Shown here: one piece after another, positions 50,301 to 63,077 of the stretch
How positions within the stretch are numbered: the first letter of the stretch is position 1
How the letters are laid out: every line of letters starts with the position of its first letter
Source: Octopus bimaculoides
Lineage: Eukaryota
Reading direction: 5' to 3'
Assembly (NCBI RefSeq): GCF_001194135.2
Contig: NC_068990.1
Coordinates: 63,802,703-63,866,702 of the forward strand
Length of the DNA: 64,000 nt
Notes under the pieces: model-generated
Database searches by the model: none
Told to the model about the DNA's origin: nothing
What the model saw: only the letters and a program-made list of their open reading frames with translations
Program-made: the position numbers and the translations under genes

Positions 50301-52346
50301 GTGTGGCATCTTGGGTAAGTGTCTTCTACTATAGCCTTGGGCTGACCAAAGCCTTTTGAGTTTGATTTGGTAGATGGAAACTGAAAGAAGACCATCGGAT
50401 ACATAAATGTATATATCTATGTGTGTGTCTTTGTATCGCTGTTGCCCCCCCCCCCGTACCACTTGACAACTGGTGTTGGTATGTTTATGTCCCTGTAACT
50501 TAGTGGTTTGGCAAAAGAAACTGATAGAATAAGTACCAGACTTTAAGCAAAAAAATAAGTCCTGGGTTGATTTGTTCAGCTAAAACCCTGTCCCGTAGCC
50601 AAATGACAGAAACAAGTAAAAAATAAAAGATACAAGATCATTCACACACGCACGCACGCACGCACACACGCACACACACACACACACACACACTCACACA
50701 CACACACTCACTACTTGTGACAAGCACTCATATTGTTTAGTATTTCTTGCCAGCAAAACTGTGCTACAAAGAATAGAATTTGAGACGCCACTCAATAATC
50801 AGAATAGCTTTTGGTCTCACCACACTATTTGAGAATTTAATGGTTGCCAGGTAAGGTTTTACTGAGTAAGAATCTTGAAGAGTGAAATGGGTGAGAGGGA
50901 GAGGAAAGAGGGAGAGATGGGTTGGAAAAGAGTAGCATTGGAGGAAAATAAACAAAAGTGGAGAGGGCTAAGAGAAGCAAAAGATATAGAGAAAGAAAGT
51001 AACAAAAGAGCAAGAAAAAGGAGGAGAAGAGGAAAGAATGATTTAGAGAAAAGCATTCATTTATAAAGAGAGAAAACAGGAAAGCAAAAGATAGATAAAT
51101 GGATATTTATACCTGTCCGTCTGTCTGCCTGTCTGTCTGTCCGTCTGCTTGCTGTCCGTCAGTCTGTCTGCATGTATGTCTGTCTTTTCATATGTATGTA
51201 TGTATGTCTGTCTTTCCATATGTATGTATGTATGTCTCTATGTCTGTCTGTGTGTCTGTCACTGTCGGTCTTTATACTTGTCTGTGTCTCTATATCTGTC
51301 TGTACACCTGTCTGTTTGTCTCTCTCTCTCACTATGTCTGTCTATCTGTCTGCATGTATGTATAGCTGTCTGTATGCTTGTCTGTCTGTTCGTATGTATG
51401 GATGGATGGATGTTAGTTCTGCTGGTTAGAGACGTAAGAGTTGAACTCAGCCATTACCTCAAAGTACTATTTCAAACTGTTAAATGTTTGGTATGCCGAC
51501 AAATAACTCTGTGTTCATGTGTATATCAAGATTTTGTTTTTTGTACTACTAAATCTTAAAATTCTGTAACTAGGTAGCAAAAGTGAGAGAATCGTCAACC
51601 TAATAGGCTAAGGATTAGGAGGAATTCTTATCTCATCGAGGAGTGGTTTGATAAACATACTTAACTCTAAATGATCATATTTATGGTTATAAAATAAATA
51701 TTTGAGCCACTTGCAGATTAGTAAGAACTCTCTGATTGATTACCTGACAGTTTGTTGATAATTATGGGTTCAAATCCCCTCAAGTAATGTTGTCAGAAAA
51801 ATGTTCAGAAAGGGTGATTTTTTAATTTTTTTTATGGTAATAATAGCAGTTTCAAATTTTGACTCAAGGCCAGCAATTTTGGAGGATGGGATTAAGTCAA
51901 TTACATCGACCCAAGTACTCAACTCGTACTTATTCTATTGACCCCAGAAGGAGGAAAGGCAAAGCTAACTTTGGCAAAGTTTGAAATAAGAATGTGTAAA
52001 GATGTACAAAATACTGCTAAGCATTTTGCCTGGAGTGATAGCAGCTCTGGCAGTTCACCAAATAATAATTCTGACTTCAGCACAAGGCCAGCAGTTTGGA
52101 AGAGAGGACATAAATTGGTTACATCAACACTAGCACTTGAGTGGTACTTTATTTCATTAGTCCCCAAAGGGATAAAGACAAAGTTAACTTTGATGGGATT
52201 TGAAAGAAAGGGCTGGAAGTGCTGCTAAGCATTTTGTCCAATGTGCTAACAATTCTGCCTGTACATTTCCTTAATGAAAACAATCACCAGTATTGAGTTC
52301 TAATGTCAGGTTATTAGCATTGCAATGCCTAAGCAAAATATTATAT

Positions 52347-52384
<38 letters not shown>

Positions 52385-52712
52385 TTAGCATCTGCTTTCC
52401 ATGTTGGCATGGGTTAAATGGTTTGACTGAAAGTGGTAAGCTTGAGAGCTACACCAGGTTCCAATCTGGTTACTATGACTGGATACCCTTCTTAATACCA
52501 ACCACTCCAAGAGTGTAATAGATGTTTTTTTACATGCTGCCAGCAACAGGTGTCGGTTACGTGGCACTGGCATTGGTAACGCTTTCACTTGGCTTGACGA
52601 GCCTTCTCAAGCATGGCATATTGCCAAAGGTCTCAGTCACTTATAAACTCCATGATGCCCAATGTTCGAAGATCATGCTTTTTCCTGGGTCTACCTCTTC
52701 CACACACACATG

Positions 52713-52743
<31 letters not shown>

Positions 52744-54379
52744 ACATATACACACACACATATACGCACAAACATCATACATATATCATATATGCACATC
52801 TATTTGTACAGGAATAAAAAGAAGTATAATAAACTCAATAACTAGAACAAGATGTAGTGAAAGGGAATAGAATATGTAAAATTATTGGTTAGATTGTGCT
52901 GGGGCATTATACAACTCTGTTCACTAAACCATTTCTCAAACTGTATGCAAATGTAATCAAATACACCAGTTAGAACTTTTTGTGACATTTGCTGTTGTAA
53001 ATCACAGCACTTCTAAGGACAACCTCTTAAGCTTGGTATAGTGTCTTAGTTATAATCTTACTAATAATCTATCTTTTGTATGTTGTTTATATTTTAAATA
53101 TAGCTGTTTTTGATTTATTATAACTTCTTCAGAAAGATCGTGGCACCATTTTTTCTCTCAACTGTTTGTTTCATTCATGAAAAATGGCAAATCATAGTTA
53201 TCTTAGTTTATTTCATGGTTTACTGATGAATTAGAAATTAGTCAAATTTTGGTCTCACCACACTATTTGAGAATTTAATGGTTGCCGGGTAAGGTTTTAC
53301 TGAGTAAGAATCTTGAAGAGTGAAATGGGTGAGAGGGAGACGAAAGAGGGAGAGAAGGGTTGGAAAAGAGTGGCAAAACACTTTTTTTCAAGTTATTCAA
53401 TGTGGCACATTATAGATTCTTACCCTGTATATTTGTACTCTTAGGCTAAATATTCTATTTTCTACTCTGCTGGAATTAATACATCCAACTGAAAACAATG
53501 TCGCATTTTCCTATTTTACATATAAGTGGTTAGCCTCAGAAATTAAAAATATTAACCATAATATACACAAATAAATATTTTTGCAAAGCCAGTTTCATTG
53601 GATGCAAAATAGTTTTCAAAATGTCATATACAGAAGGAAATGAAAATTGCAAACAAACTGGAAAATTCATCTTCCATGTTTAAAATAGGAAAAACATTGA
53701 AGATACAAAAGTTGTGATGTTTATTATATTGCAGTTTATTCTATCGTTTATTAGTTTATTCCATCTTTTTGCTAATATTTTGTGTGGTTCTTATTGGTAT
53801 TTATTAAAGGGTAGTTATCTTTCATGAGAGACAAGAATCTATAATGCAAGATCTTGAATTCTCTTTCAGTTTAGCTTTCTGCACTCTGAGATTGAATATC
53901 ACTGTGGAGAACATTGACTTTCACCTCTTTGGAGTCAATAAATAAAATACCAGTTCCTATACTGGAGGCAATTCTTGTTCTCTTTCTTAATTTCGCTCTG
54001 GAAGAAGTTGGCTATAATCAAGCCCAGAAAGTGATGGCCTTCACCAGGTTTGAAATACCCAAAACATTCTATATATCATGATGGTACATTTATGACTTCA
54101 CTAAGAGCTGAAGGAAACAAGAAGAAAGGAATATATTTGCTCACTAAACATGGCAACAGTTTATTGCAGATAACTTTCATAAAAAAATATTGTTACCATT
54201 TCAATACTACTAAGCCAGCAATAGCAATGTAAAATTACCTTGACTAGAAGTACAACAAAATACTTGCAGCAATTCTGAGCATATGACTAACAAGCTAGAA
54301 ATTCCAGTATGCTATCTACTAAACCATTTCATCTCAACTGTTAACATAAGATTTATAGCTTCTTTTTAAATATTTTCAG

Positions 54380-54475
54380 TTTGATCAGGATTATGCAGAT
54401 TTCCTCTCACAGACTGATAGTATACGGGTGGCAATACAGCATTTTGTTCATGGTTGGATGGAACGTTCCTTGCCT
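54380..54475 (+). CDS. Dynein exon FDQDYADFLSQTDSIRVAIQHFVHGWMERSLP
   Basis: ttttcag acceptor, CCT|gtaagc donor, 96 nt; FDQDY follows RKTE as in homologues. Confidence 0.93.
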
Positions 54476-54985
54476 GTAAGCTAAACCTTTTTTTTAATTG
54501 CTATCAGATTATTATTAGACTAGCTGCAATGATGGCTGTTGTTGTAATTTTGTTCCAAGTTAAAACTAATCAGTTCTATAATCAATGTATTCCAGTAACA
54601 ATCATCTCATCTTATTTTTAAATAGTATACCAAACTCTAAAATTAGGTACAATGTGGTAAGTAATAATTGGTTGCATAACCCTTTCACATTCAAACCAGC
54701 CATATCCAGTTCAAATATTCTACCAGTTTTATTCTACCAGCCAGATCAAGCCTCTTACATCTAATCTGCAATGGTATTTTAAAAGTAAACAGCCACATCA
54801 TTGAAATCCTGAAGCTATGAGATAATACATGGTTACTTCAAAGCAATGTGCATAAATTAAATAAGCATTACATTTGGCTGAGTAATCTGAATGCTAATGA
54901 GTTAAATAAAATCCAGCTCTTAAACATTAATAATATTGATTATAGTTTTGGATATATGTCACTACTTGTTCATCTTTTTCTGCAG

Positions 54986-55249
54986 ACAGCAAAGGCTATT
55001 GAATTAATCTTGAAATTTGAACTTGTAAAGGATTCTAAACTTGACCTCAGTGACCATTACCACACTTTGCTGCGACATTACAATAAAGACTTAGAAGCTG
55101 TTCGCAGGCTATATCAGAAGCAAAAAATGGACCCTGCCATTGCACGAAACATGCCACCCTTGACTGGTCGAATTCATTGGGTAAGACACCTGTACAGGCA
55201 AATTGAAGAACCAATGAAGTTGTTTAGAAACAAACCTGATATTCTGAAG
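54986..55249 (+). CDS. Dynein exon TAKAIELILKFE...QKMDPAIARNMPPLTGRIHWVRHLYRQIEEPMKLFRNKPDILK
   Basis: ttttctgcag acceptor, AAG|gtaatt donor, 264 nt; DP.IARNMPP..G.I.W motif. Confidence 0.96.
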
Positions 55250-55606
55250 GTAATTTTTTCAATATTTTCCTACACTTTAACTATTAAACTAGAGGCTAAA
55301 ACAGCAACTTAAATTGACAGTATTCATGCTGTTTGATTCTTTAAATTGTGGTTATGTTCAAGGATGTTTTAACTCTTTAGCATGTTAATGCTGAAAACAA
55401 TGCCTGCACACACACAAACACAGAGAGGAAATTTATAAAAACAAAACTCAGTTTGATCTGCATTAGCAAAACACAAGAAAAAAAAACAGTTAATAAAATT
55501 TAAATACAGGAATTTTAAAATTTTATACATAAGAATGTCATAAGTAAGACACTATTTAGACATTAAACTTCTGTTTACCGCCTTATATCTTGGAACTCTT
55601 AATATA

Positions 55607-56850
55607 CAGGGTGGTATCAAAAAGTTCCTAGACTAGTTATGTTTAATAAAAAATAACTTATTTACTTAATTTTTAATACAATATCTTTCGAAATAGTCAC
55701 CTTACACAGCAATACACTGGTCCCAATGTTCCTGCCACTTTTGGAATCTGGCCTGGAAGTTGTTTTCCATGAGTTGAGGACCTTTTGTGTTAAACAGTGT
55801 TAAAACAGCAACCTTTCAACTGCATTTTCATTTTGGGGAAGTCCACAGGTGCTAAATCTGGTGAACAGAGTGGGTCAGAAGTGACACTATGTTGATTGTG
55901 GTGAGAAAGTCGTGAGTTAGGAGAGCTTGGTGACAGGGTGCATTGTCATCATTAAGAATTGGATTCTTCACACTCCACAGATTCAGTCACTTTAGCTGAA
56001 TGTCCTTCCTCAAATTTTTCAAAACATCACAATAGAACTCTCAATTGATGGTCTGACCCTGGGGGACAAATTTGTGATGCATAATACCATGCATGTTGAA
56101 AAAAAGCAATGAGCAAGCTCTTGACTGAGTTGCAGCTCTGGTGTACCTTCTTTGGTCGTGGAGATGAAGTACTCTTCCATTGTGCTGACTGTTGCTTCAT
56201 CACAGGGTACACCCAACTCTCATCACTGACATGGTCCTTGATGTGAATGAGGGGTCATCAGCTGCATGCTGATGGAGATCTTGACAGACATCAATGTGAT
56301 GTCCTTTCTGCTCAGTGCTCAGCAGATGGGGGACAAACTTGGCAGAGACACACTGCATATTCAATTCAGACATTAACCCATTACCTCCCATAATTCTATT
56401 AACTGGAATTTTTTTATGAAACTTTGATTTCTAGCATAAAACAGCCTGAGAAACACGCTGGAATGATCAAAATAACATTTCAAAATAACATTTTAAATAG
56501 AAATAAGCGAGATATTGGGTGAAAAATTAGCAAACCTCATTTGAATATCAGAGAAATATACCTAGTAGATATAGCAAAAAGGTTAGATATGTGTAAATAT
56601 TGACAGATAATTACGAAATTTGTAATTTTTAAGTGATCTCATATAAGATCACTGGTAAGTAATGGGTTAAGATTGCCTCCACAGACCCATATGACATGCC
56701 AGCAACATCAGCAATGTCATTGATTGTCCTCCAACGATTTTCATGCACAAGTCGAGGAATTTTCTCCACATTTCTGGAGAAGACGCTTGTGGCAGGTCTT
56801 CCAGATTGCTCATCATCTTCCAGAGATGTTCTTCTGCCTTTGAAACTCCC
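55607..56850 (-). mobile_element. Decayed mariner (DD34D) transposon, interrupted by a MITE, right end lost
   Basis: TA|CAGGGTGGTATCAAAAAGTTCC left TIR. Minus-strand remnants SDESWVY, KQQSAQWKSTSSPRPKK, DDNAPCH and SPDLAPVDF. Confidence 0.9.
56377..56666. mobile_element. piggyBac-like MITE family A nested in mariner
   Basis: TTAA TSD at 56373-56376 and 56667-56670; termini CCCATTAC...GTAATGGG. Confidence 0.92.
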
Positions 56851-57829
56851 CCACTACCACCACACACACGCATATACACAACAGGCTTCTTTCACTTTCC
56901 AACTACCAAATCCACTTACAAAGTTTTGGTTCGCCTGCAGGTATAGTAGAAGAGAAGACATTTGCCCAAGGTGCCATGCAGTGAGACTAAACCTGGGACC
57001 ATGAGGTTAAGAAGCAAGCAGCTTGCTACACAGCCATGCCTGCTCCTATATTGATTTTCTTTTTCAAATCCTACTCATTTACAGTATTTTCTACTAAGGA
57101 CATTACTTTACTTTTATAGCTAAAATAAATACATACATGTTTGTGCATGTGTATATGATTTAGTCTAAAGCCTACTTACAAATAATATTGATATTAATAA
57201 TATTAATTTTATATAGGGTTTACATCCAGTAATTCACTATCGCTTTAACTCATTTAGCCATTTGTACCTATGCTGATTTAATCAATTGTTCAGTTAAATC
57301 ATCATCATCATCATCATCATCCCCACCAAAACCACCACCACCACTGATTCTATATCAATTATTACTGCACAGTATTTTTGTTATTATTCATAAGTATTCA
57401 TCTTAGCTTTGCTGCTATGTTGTACATTACTGTATTGTTTTATATTAATATTTGATCAAGTTCTTTCAAGATGACTATACATCGTTTGCAACATCTTTGA
57501 TTGTGTATAAGATACAGTTTATTTATGCTGTTATGTTATTATGTATTCTAGACACAATGCTCTGGCATGCTATATCAAAATATTCGTGGTCATAAACAAG
57601 CATAAAAATGTATGTGTAAATGACGAGTGTACATATGTATCTACAGATATATATTTGATAATCTACACACATATATGAGTGTGTGTGTGTGTGTGTGCGT
57701 GCGCACGTGAATGTATATGGCTATGTATCTATTGCTGTATTGAAGTCAATTCCATCACAAACACAGCAGTAGGTCTTTACCAGGTGGTAAAAAATCTAGT
57801 GAAGAGATTTAAAATTAACAATTGACAGT

Positions 57830-59560
57830 CAAAAATGAGATTAGAAAAGCACTCTGTGAAGGTGAGGAAGTCAAAGTATCACAGAAACAGTACTGCAACG
57901 ACCTCTATAAGAAGAATGGCAACACTGTGATAGGACCATTAATACACTATCCTGTTGATACCAATGAACCACCACTCTGTCTGCTATGAATTCAAGAAAA
58001 TAATTAGAGAACTGAAAAGTAAAAAAGTTCTGGCTTCAGTGAAACAACAGCTGAGTTAATTAAAAATAGCAATAAGCATATAGCAGTATACTTTCAGAAA
58101 CTATGCACTTTGATCTGGATAAATAAAAGCTGGTCAGATGATTGGGTTAGGTCAATATTTACAGTCGCTCCTAAATAAAGATATGCCAAGCAAGGATAAA
58201 GATCCCCTTCGGTCATGGATGACCATGGGATTGCACCTTGAAAGTTACCCTCCAGGGCACAAGTCTGGGCAAAGTTGTCTATAGAAGACCAACAGTCATC
58301 CATGCATACCAACCTCCCCAATGCCACCAATGTTAACCAAGGGAAAGGTAAAGGCCGATACAGCTTGGCACTGGTGACATCACAGCTCATTTCTACAGCT
58401 GACTGAACTGGAGCAACATGAAAATAAAGTGTTTTGCTCAAGAACACAACACACAACCCAGTCTGGGAATTGAACTCACTACCTCATGATTGTGAAGCCA
58501 ACACTCTAACCACTGAGCCATGTGCCTTCTTATGGTTATGTACGGGATGTGCAGCAATGCAATAGAACTATGGCACTGATAAGCCACTGCAGCAAAATTC
58601 TACTCAAAATCATCTCAAACAGAATAAAAACGAAGCTAGAAGAAAAAAATTAGTGAAGAGAACAAACAGGTTTTAGATCTGGAAGAGGAACAAGAAACCA
58701 AATATTGAACCTTAAAATGGTAACTGAAAAGGATCAGGAATATAATGATGACATTTTTTTTGTTTCATTGATTACAAAAAAAGCCCTCAATAATGACTCA
58801 CTTAATGTATCATGGATCAATATGATCAAAATAGGGCAGCAAGCTGGCAGGACCGTTAGCACGCTGGGCAAAATGTTTAGCAGTATTTCATCTGCTGTTA
58901 TGTTCTGAGTTCAAATTCCACCAAGGTCGACTTTGCCTTTCATCCTTTCGGGTTCGATTAAATAAGTACCAGTTACACACTGGGGTCGATGCAATCGACT
59001 TAATCCCTTTGTCTGTTCTTGTTTGTCCCCTCTATATTTAGCCCCCTGTGGGCAATAAAGAAATAAATATGATCAAAATAGGATTCCCTTCTTATATAGT
59101 AGAATTTATCAAAAACTTGTATGTGAAACAAAGGTGCAGTAGTTCAAGCAACTCTTGGGCTAATAGACTGATTTGATCTCAAACAATGTGTCTGCCAGGA
59201 CTGCATTCTTCTCTGCACCTCTTTAATATATACTATGAGAGACACGCTGTATGGTTTCACTGGAAGCATCAAAATTAATAGTAAAGTCATCACAAATCTG
59301 AGTTATGCAGACAATGTAGTCTTCATAGCTGCCAGCCTGCAAGAACTACAAGGTTTAGTTAATTGAGTAAACAATGCAATTATTCAAATCCTCCCAAAAC
59401 AAAAGCATTGAAAATAGCTAAAAACACAAAAAATGATGCATAACTATAAACAATGGAAATATCAAAAACATAGAAGAATTTGGCATTCTTATTTGCAATG
59501 ACTAGAATGACACCTGTGAAATATAGAGAAGACTGAGTATAGCCAAGACTGTACAAAGTT
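57830..59560 (+). mobile_element. Decayed RTE/BovB-like LINE RT fragment, interrupted by two SINEs
   Basis: Remnants W..DWVRSIF, RTMALISHCSKILLKII, EQTGFRSGRGTRNQILNL, CQDCIL..LFNIY and SIKINSKVITNLSYADN. Confidence 0.85.
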
Positions 59561-60271
59561 CAATGAGCACCAGATGGTGACAACCAGAATTACTGACCTA
59601 TATAAATGAGAGATAAAAATTACATCTAAAACCCTGCGGCCTATATATATACTGGCCAGCAACTTTATCTCAGAGCAGTTTCATTGAGATTCTATCAATG
59701 ACCAAGTTATAGTTAGTGTGATAAAAATTTTGATAACAGGGTAATATTGTGAGCAGGACAAGTAGGAAGGAAGATGAGAAGAAATTAAATAAAATAGAAT
59801 AAAATCAAATAAAACAGGATAAGATGCAATAAAGTGGGGGGAAATGAAAGAGAATAACAGTGAAACAATATAGAACACAATAAAAGGTTGCAGAGTACAA
59901 GGATGTTTAATTTTCTGCAACATGTTATCCAAATAATAATGTTTAAGTGAAGTTATCAATTTTTGTGTGTTTTACAATGACCAATATGTGTTCTCCATGC
60001 TTTAGTTTCAATGTATCATCTCAAATCAGATCATCTGCCAGTAAAGTACTTCTCTGAAATATTATATGAAAGTTACTGAAACAGTTGTAGCAGTGAAAAT
60101 TTTGAACATATCACTGATATTGTTTTCTGTTGTTCTGTCATGAGTGTGTGTGTGTGTGCACGCATGCGTGTGTGTGCGTGTGAGCGTGCATGCATATGTG
60201 CATGCAGGCATGTTAAATTTACATAATATTATTTTCTGAAGCGTTGAATGTGATGTTTTTGTTGCTTACAG

Positions 60272-60337
60272 CATCCAGATGCACAGAGTATTATTGCCAG
60301 CTATAATAAAATGGCCAGTGTCTTATTGGAATTTGAG
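60272..60337 (+). CDS. Dynein exon HPDAQSIIASYNKMASVLLEFE
   Basis: ttacag acceptor, GAG|gtaaat donor, 66 nt; resembles IIRSYNRMAKVLLEFE. Confidence 0.94.
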
Positions 60338-61008
60338 GTAAATTGCAATGTGCTTGTTTATAAGAGGGTATATTATGTGCATAGAGAAAAAGAGAGAAAA
60401 TGGTAGAGTAGTGGATGGGAGTGGATTAAATAAGTTAGAGAAAGAGAGAAAAATTAAGAGAGTGTTTCATGCAAACAAATAAACCATATTATAGAGGGTT
60501 TTGAAAAGAATTTTGAAATTTAATTTGCTGGATTTGACACAATGTTGGATAAATCATGGCCTTTTCTGATTTATAGTTGTTGAGAATCCCATGACATCTC
60601 TGGCAAAGAAGAGCTGTGACAGAAAGTTATCTAATTTTTCTTTAATAAGAATCTTTAATATGACAATCTCTTCAGGCAATGGTTGATTCTATTGTTGTTA
60701 GATAGTTCTATATATTATATATATTCCATACCAGAAAATTAATTAAACTTTGCTGTATTAATTCCATTGTACAGAAATTGTCAGATAAATCCTCAATAAT
60801 GGCTTTTCAGAGTTAATGCATTTGATAAAAATTTTGATTTTAAAATCTGTATTCTTGACTATTTATCATTTAGTTACCAACATTTACTGAAGAGAAATGA
60901 TGCGTGTTTATAATTCTATTTTAGCCAAATGGTTGGAACCATTGAACTAACTTTGTGAATATCTATAAAAAATTAAAATACAAGGTTACAGTGTTAAGCA
61001 GTGATGTA

Positions 61009-61914
61009 TTAGGTGGTATCAAAAAGTTCCAGGATTAGTTATGTTTAATAAAATATAACTTATTTACCTGCATTTTAATATCTTCTTCATTGAAATAGTC
61101 ACCTTGTGTAACCATACACTGATCCCAGCATTCCTGCCACTTTTGGAATCCAGCCTGGAAGTAATTTTCCATTGGCAAGTCGAGGACTTTCTGTGATTCA
61201 CACTTGATCTCAACACCGGTGTTAAAACAGTGACTTTTGAGCTGTATTTTCTTCTTATGGAAGAGATGGAAGTGTGCAGGTGCTAAATCTGGCAAAATGG
61301 GCAGGTGCAGAAGTGATACCATGTTGTTTTTGGCAAGAAAATCACAGCTGAGGATAGCTTGGTGACAGGGTGCATCTAATTATTCACGCTCCACGAATCC
61401 AGTGATTTTTGGCAAATGTCCTCCTTCAAATGCCTCAAAACATCACAGTAGAACTCACAGTTGATGGTTTGGCCTTGGGGGAACCAAATTATTGTTGCAC
61501 AGTACCACATTTCTGGGGTTGACACTTGTGGCAGGTCTTTCAAATTGCTCATCATCTTCCAGGGACATTCTTCAGCTTTTGAAGTGCCGATGCCACTCGA
61601 AACATTGTGTATGATCCATTGCTTCATTGCTGTAAGCTTGCTGAAGCATGCCCAATGTCTTTGTAGCAGACTTCCCAAGTTTAACGCAAAATTTCATGTT
61701 GGTTCTTTGTTCCTGTTCATGACAAAATCGCAGACTACAGCAATCACAAGATCACAAAAATACAAATTTTACAACTTTTGAAGTAAACACAGCGATGTAA
61801 CTCAACACACTGCCTCATGAAGGTCACTGCTAGCTCTCACTGCACACACAACAGTGTGCTGCCATCTGTTGGCATGCCACAGAACTAGTCAGGGAAATTT
61901 TTCATACCACCTGT
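61009..61914 (-). mobile_element. Internally deleted mariner with both 32-bp TIRs and TA TSD
   Basis: TIRs at 61009-61040 and 61883-61914 match at 25/32; TA at 61007-61008 and 61915-61916. Remnants PDLAPAHFHLF and QGDYF. Same TIR family as 55607. Confidence 0.92.
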
Positions 61915-62847
61915 TATATAAATACAAACTTGTTGCCAGTTCAAAAATGCTTGAGGCATATTTAAGAAAACATGATAATTACAGACTCTCATTGTTCTTC
62001 TATTATGAGTAACCATGAAACTTTGTCTGCATCTATTCTCTTTGTGTAAAATCATTTGATTTCTGCACTACTAGCTCTCTGTGTCAATTCAGAGCATAAC
62101 AAGTGAGAGAATGAGGTATATAGTTGCTTTTGTGCACAGGTGTGAAAGGATACAAAATTTCCTCTTGCTTGTCATGATTATTACTAAAAGTGAGTTTGAC
62201 GAAATTGTCTTTGCTCTTCAGTACTGAATCCTTACTACACCACTGTGTCAATTCACATTTCCCTATGAATTTTACTATACTATTTTCCTCTTATTATCTT
62301 TTATATCTCTTTATGTAACCTTTTTGATACCAACACCCTAAGGACAACCTTTATTTCTATGATTTAAGTTAATAAAGTTGGTCACCTATTGAAGGTCACC
62401 TATTAAAAGGTCAAGTAGTAAACTATATTTGTTCAAGTTATCTAAATTTAAATCTTCCTTCAAAATTTCAGTGAATTTCAATGCCAAACACTAGCTTGAC
62501 AATGACAATTACTTTATTAAATTCTTTATTATTTTAAAAATTAATTGAAACAAAAACAGTGTATTTCAACAGAAATATGGGGGCAAAAGAGGTTTGGTTA
62601 AGTTTTTAATAGAAACGGAAAGCAGTTGTTTAATATTTTGTTTCAAGAATATTACTGTGTCGGAAGCAGGGTCTGATCTCACAACATTTCAGCTGAATTT
62701 TGTTAATTGTCTTTGTCTATACCCAAACTGCCATCATTATTAGATATTCACTGTTGCCTGTTTTAACTTGAACATTTATCAGACATATTTTATATCTACT
62801 TTTCATGTTTTTTTTTTTCTAATTTCCTTTCCATTATCAACTGACAG

Positions 62848-63077
62848 CTACTCTATTACCAAAGCTGGTGCAAAGCAGTAGACAGTATAAAAAATGGTCT
62901 TCATGTTTCCCTTTTGGTTCGTCATCCAGAAACACAGGAAATGCATGTTAATTTTGATTACCATATAATTGAGCTTATAGAAGAAGCAAAATGGTTAGTT
63001 TCCTTGAATCTTGAAATTCCAGAAACTGCTAGAGAACTTGCACTCAAGGAGAATATATTCAAATCAAACTATACAGC
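62848..63077 (+). CDS. Dynein exon LLYYQSWCKAVDSIKNGLHVSLLVRHPETQEMHVNFDYHIIELIEEAKWL...KSNYT (3' end uncertain)
   Basis: tgacag acceptor in phase 0; LLVRHPET..VNFD motif. The donor is ambiguous among GT sites after 63077, 63079 or 63081. Confidence 0.9.

Larger units (their letters stand above)
7507..63077 (+). other. DNAH5/DNAH8-like: Partial multi-exon gene: axonemal outer-arm dynein heavy chain, DNAH5/DNAH8 class, N-terminal tail (DHC_N1 region); continues 3' beyond the window
   Basis: Exons flanked by AG/GT join in frame. They give motifs such as [89 protein letters not shown] and DPAIARNMPPLTGRIHWVRHLYRQI. These match, in order, the vertebrate DNAH5/DNAH8 tails as I recall them. The exact paralogue needs a phylogeny. 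Confidence 0.95.

Noticed and set aside
54848-54985. N-terminal extension of ORF 54848-55312
   Set aside because: It lies in a MITE and intron upstream of the acceptor at 54985.
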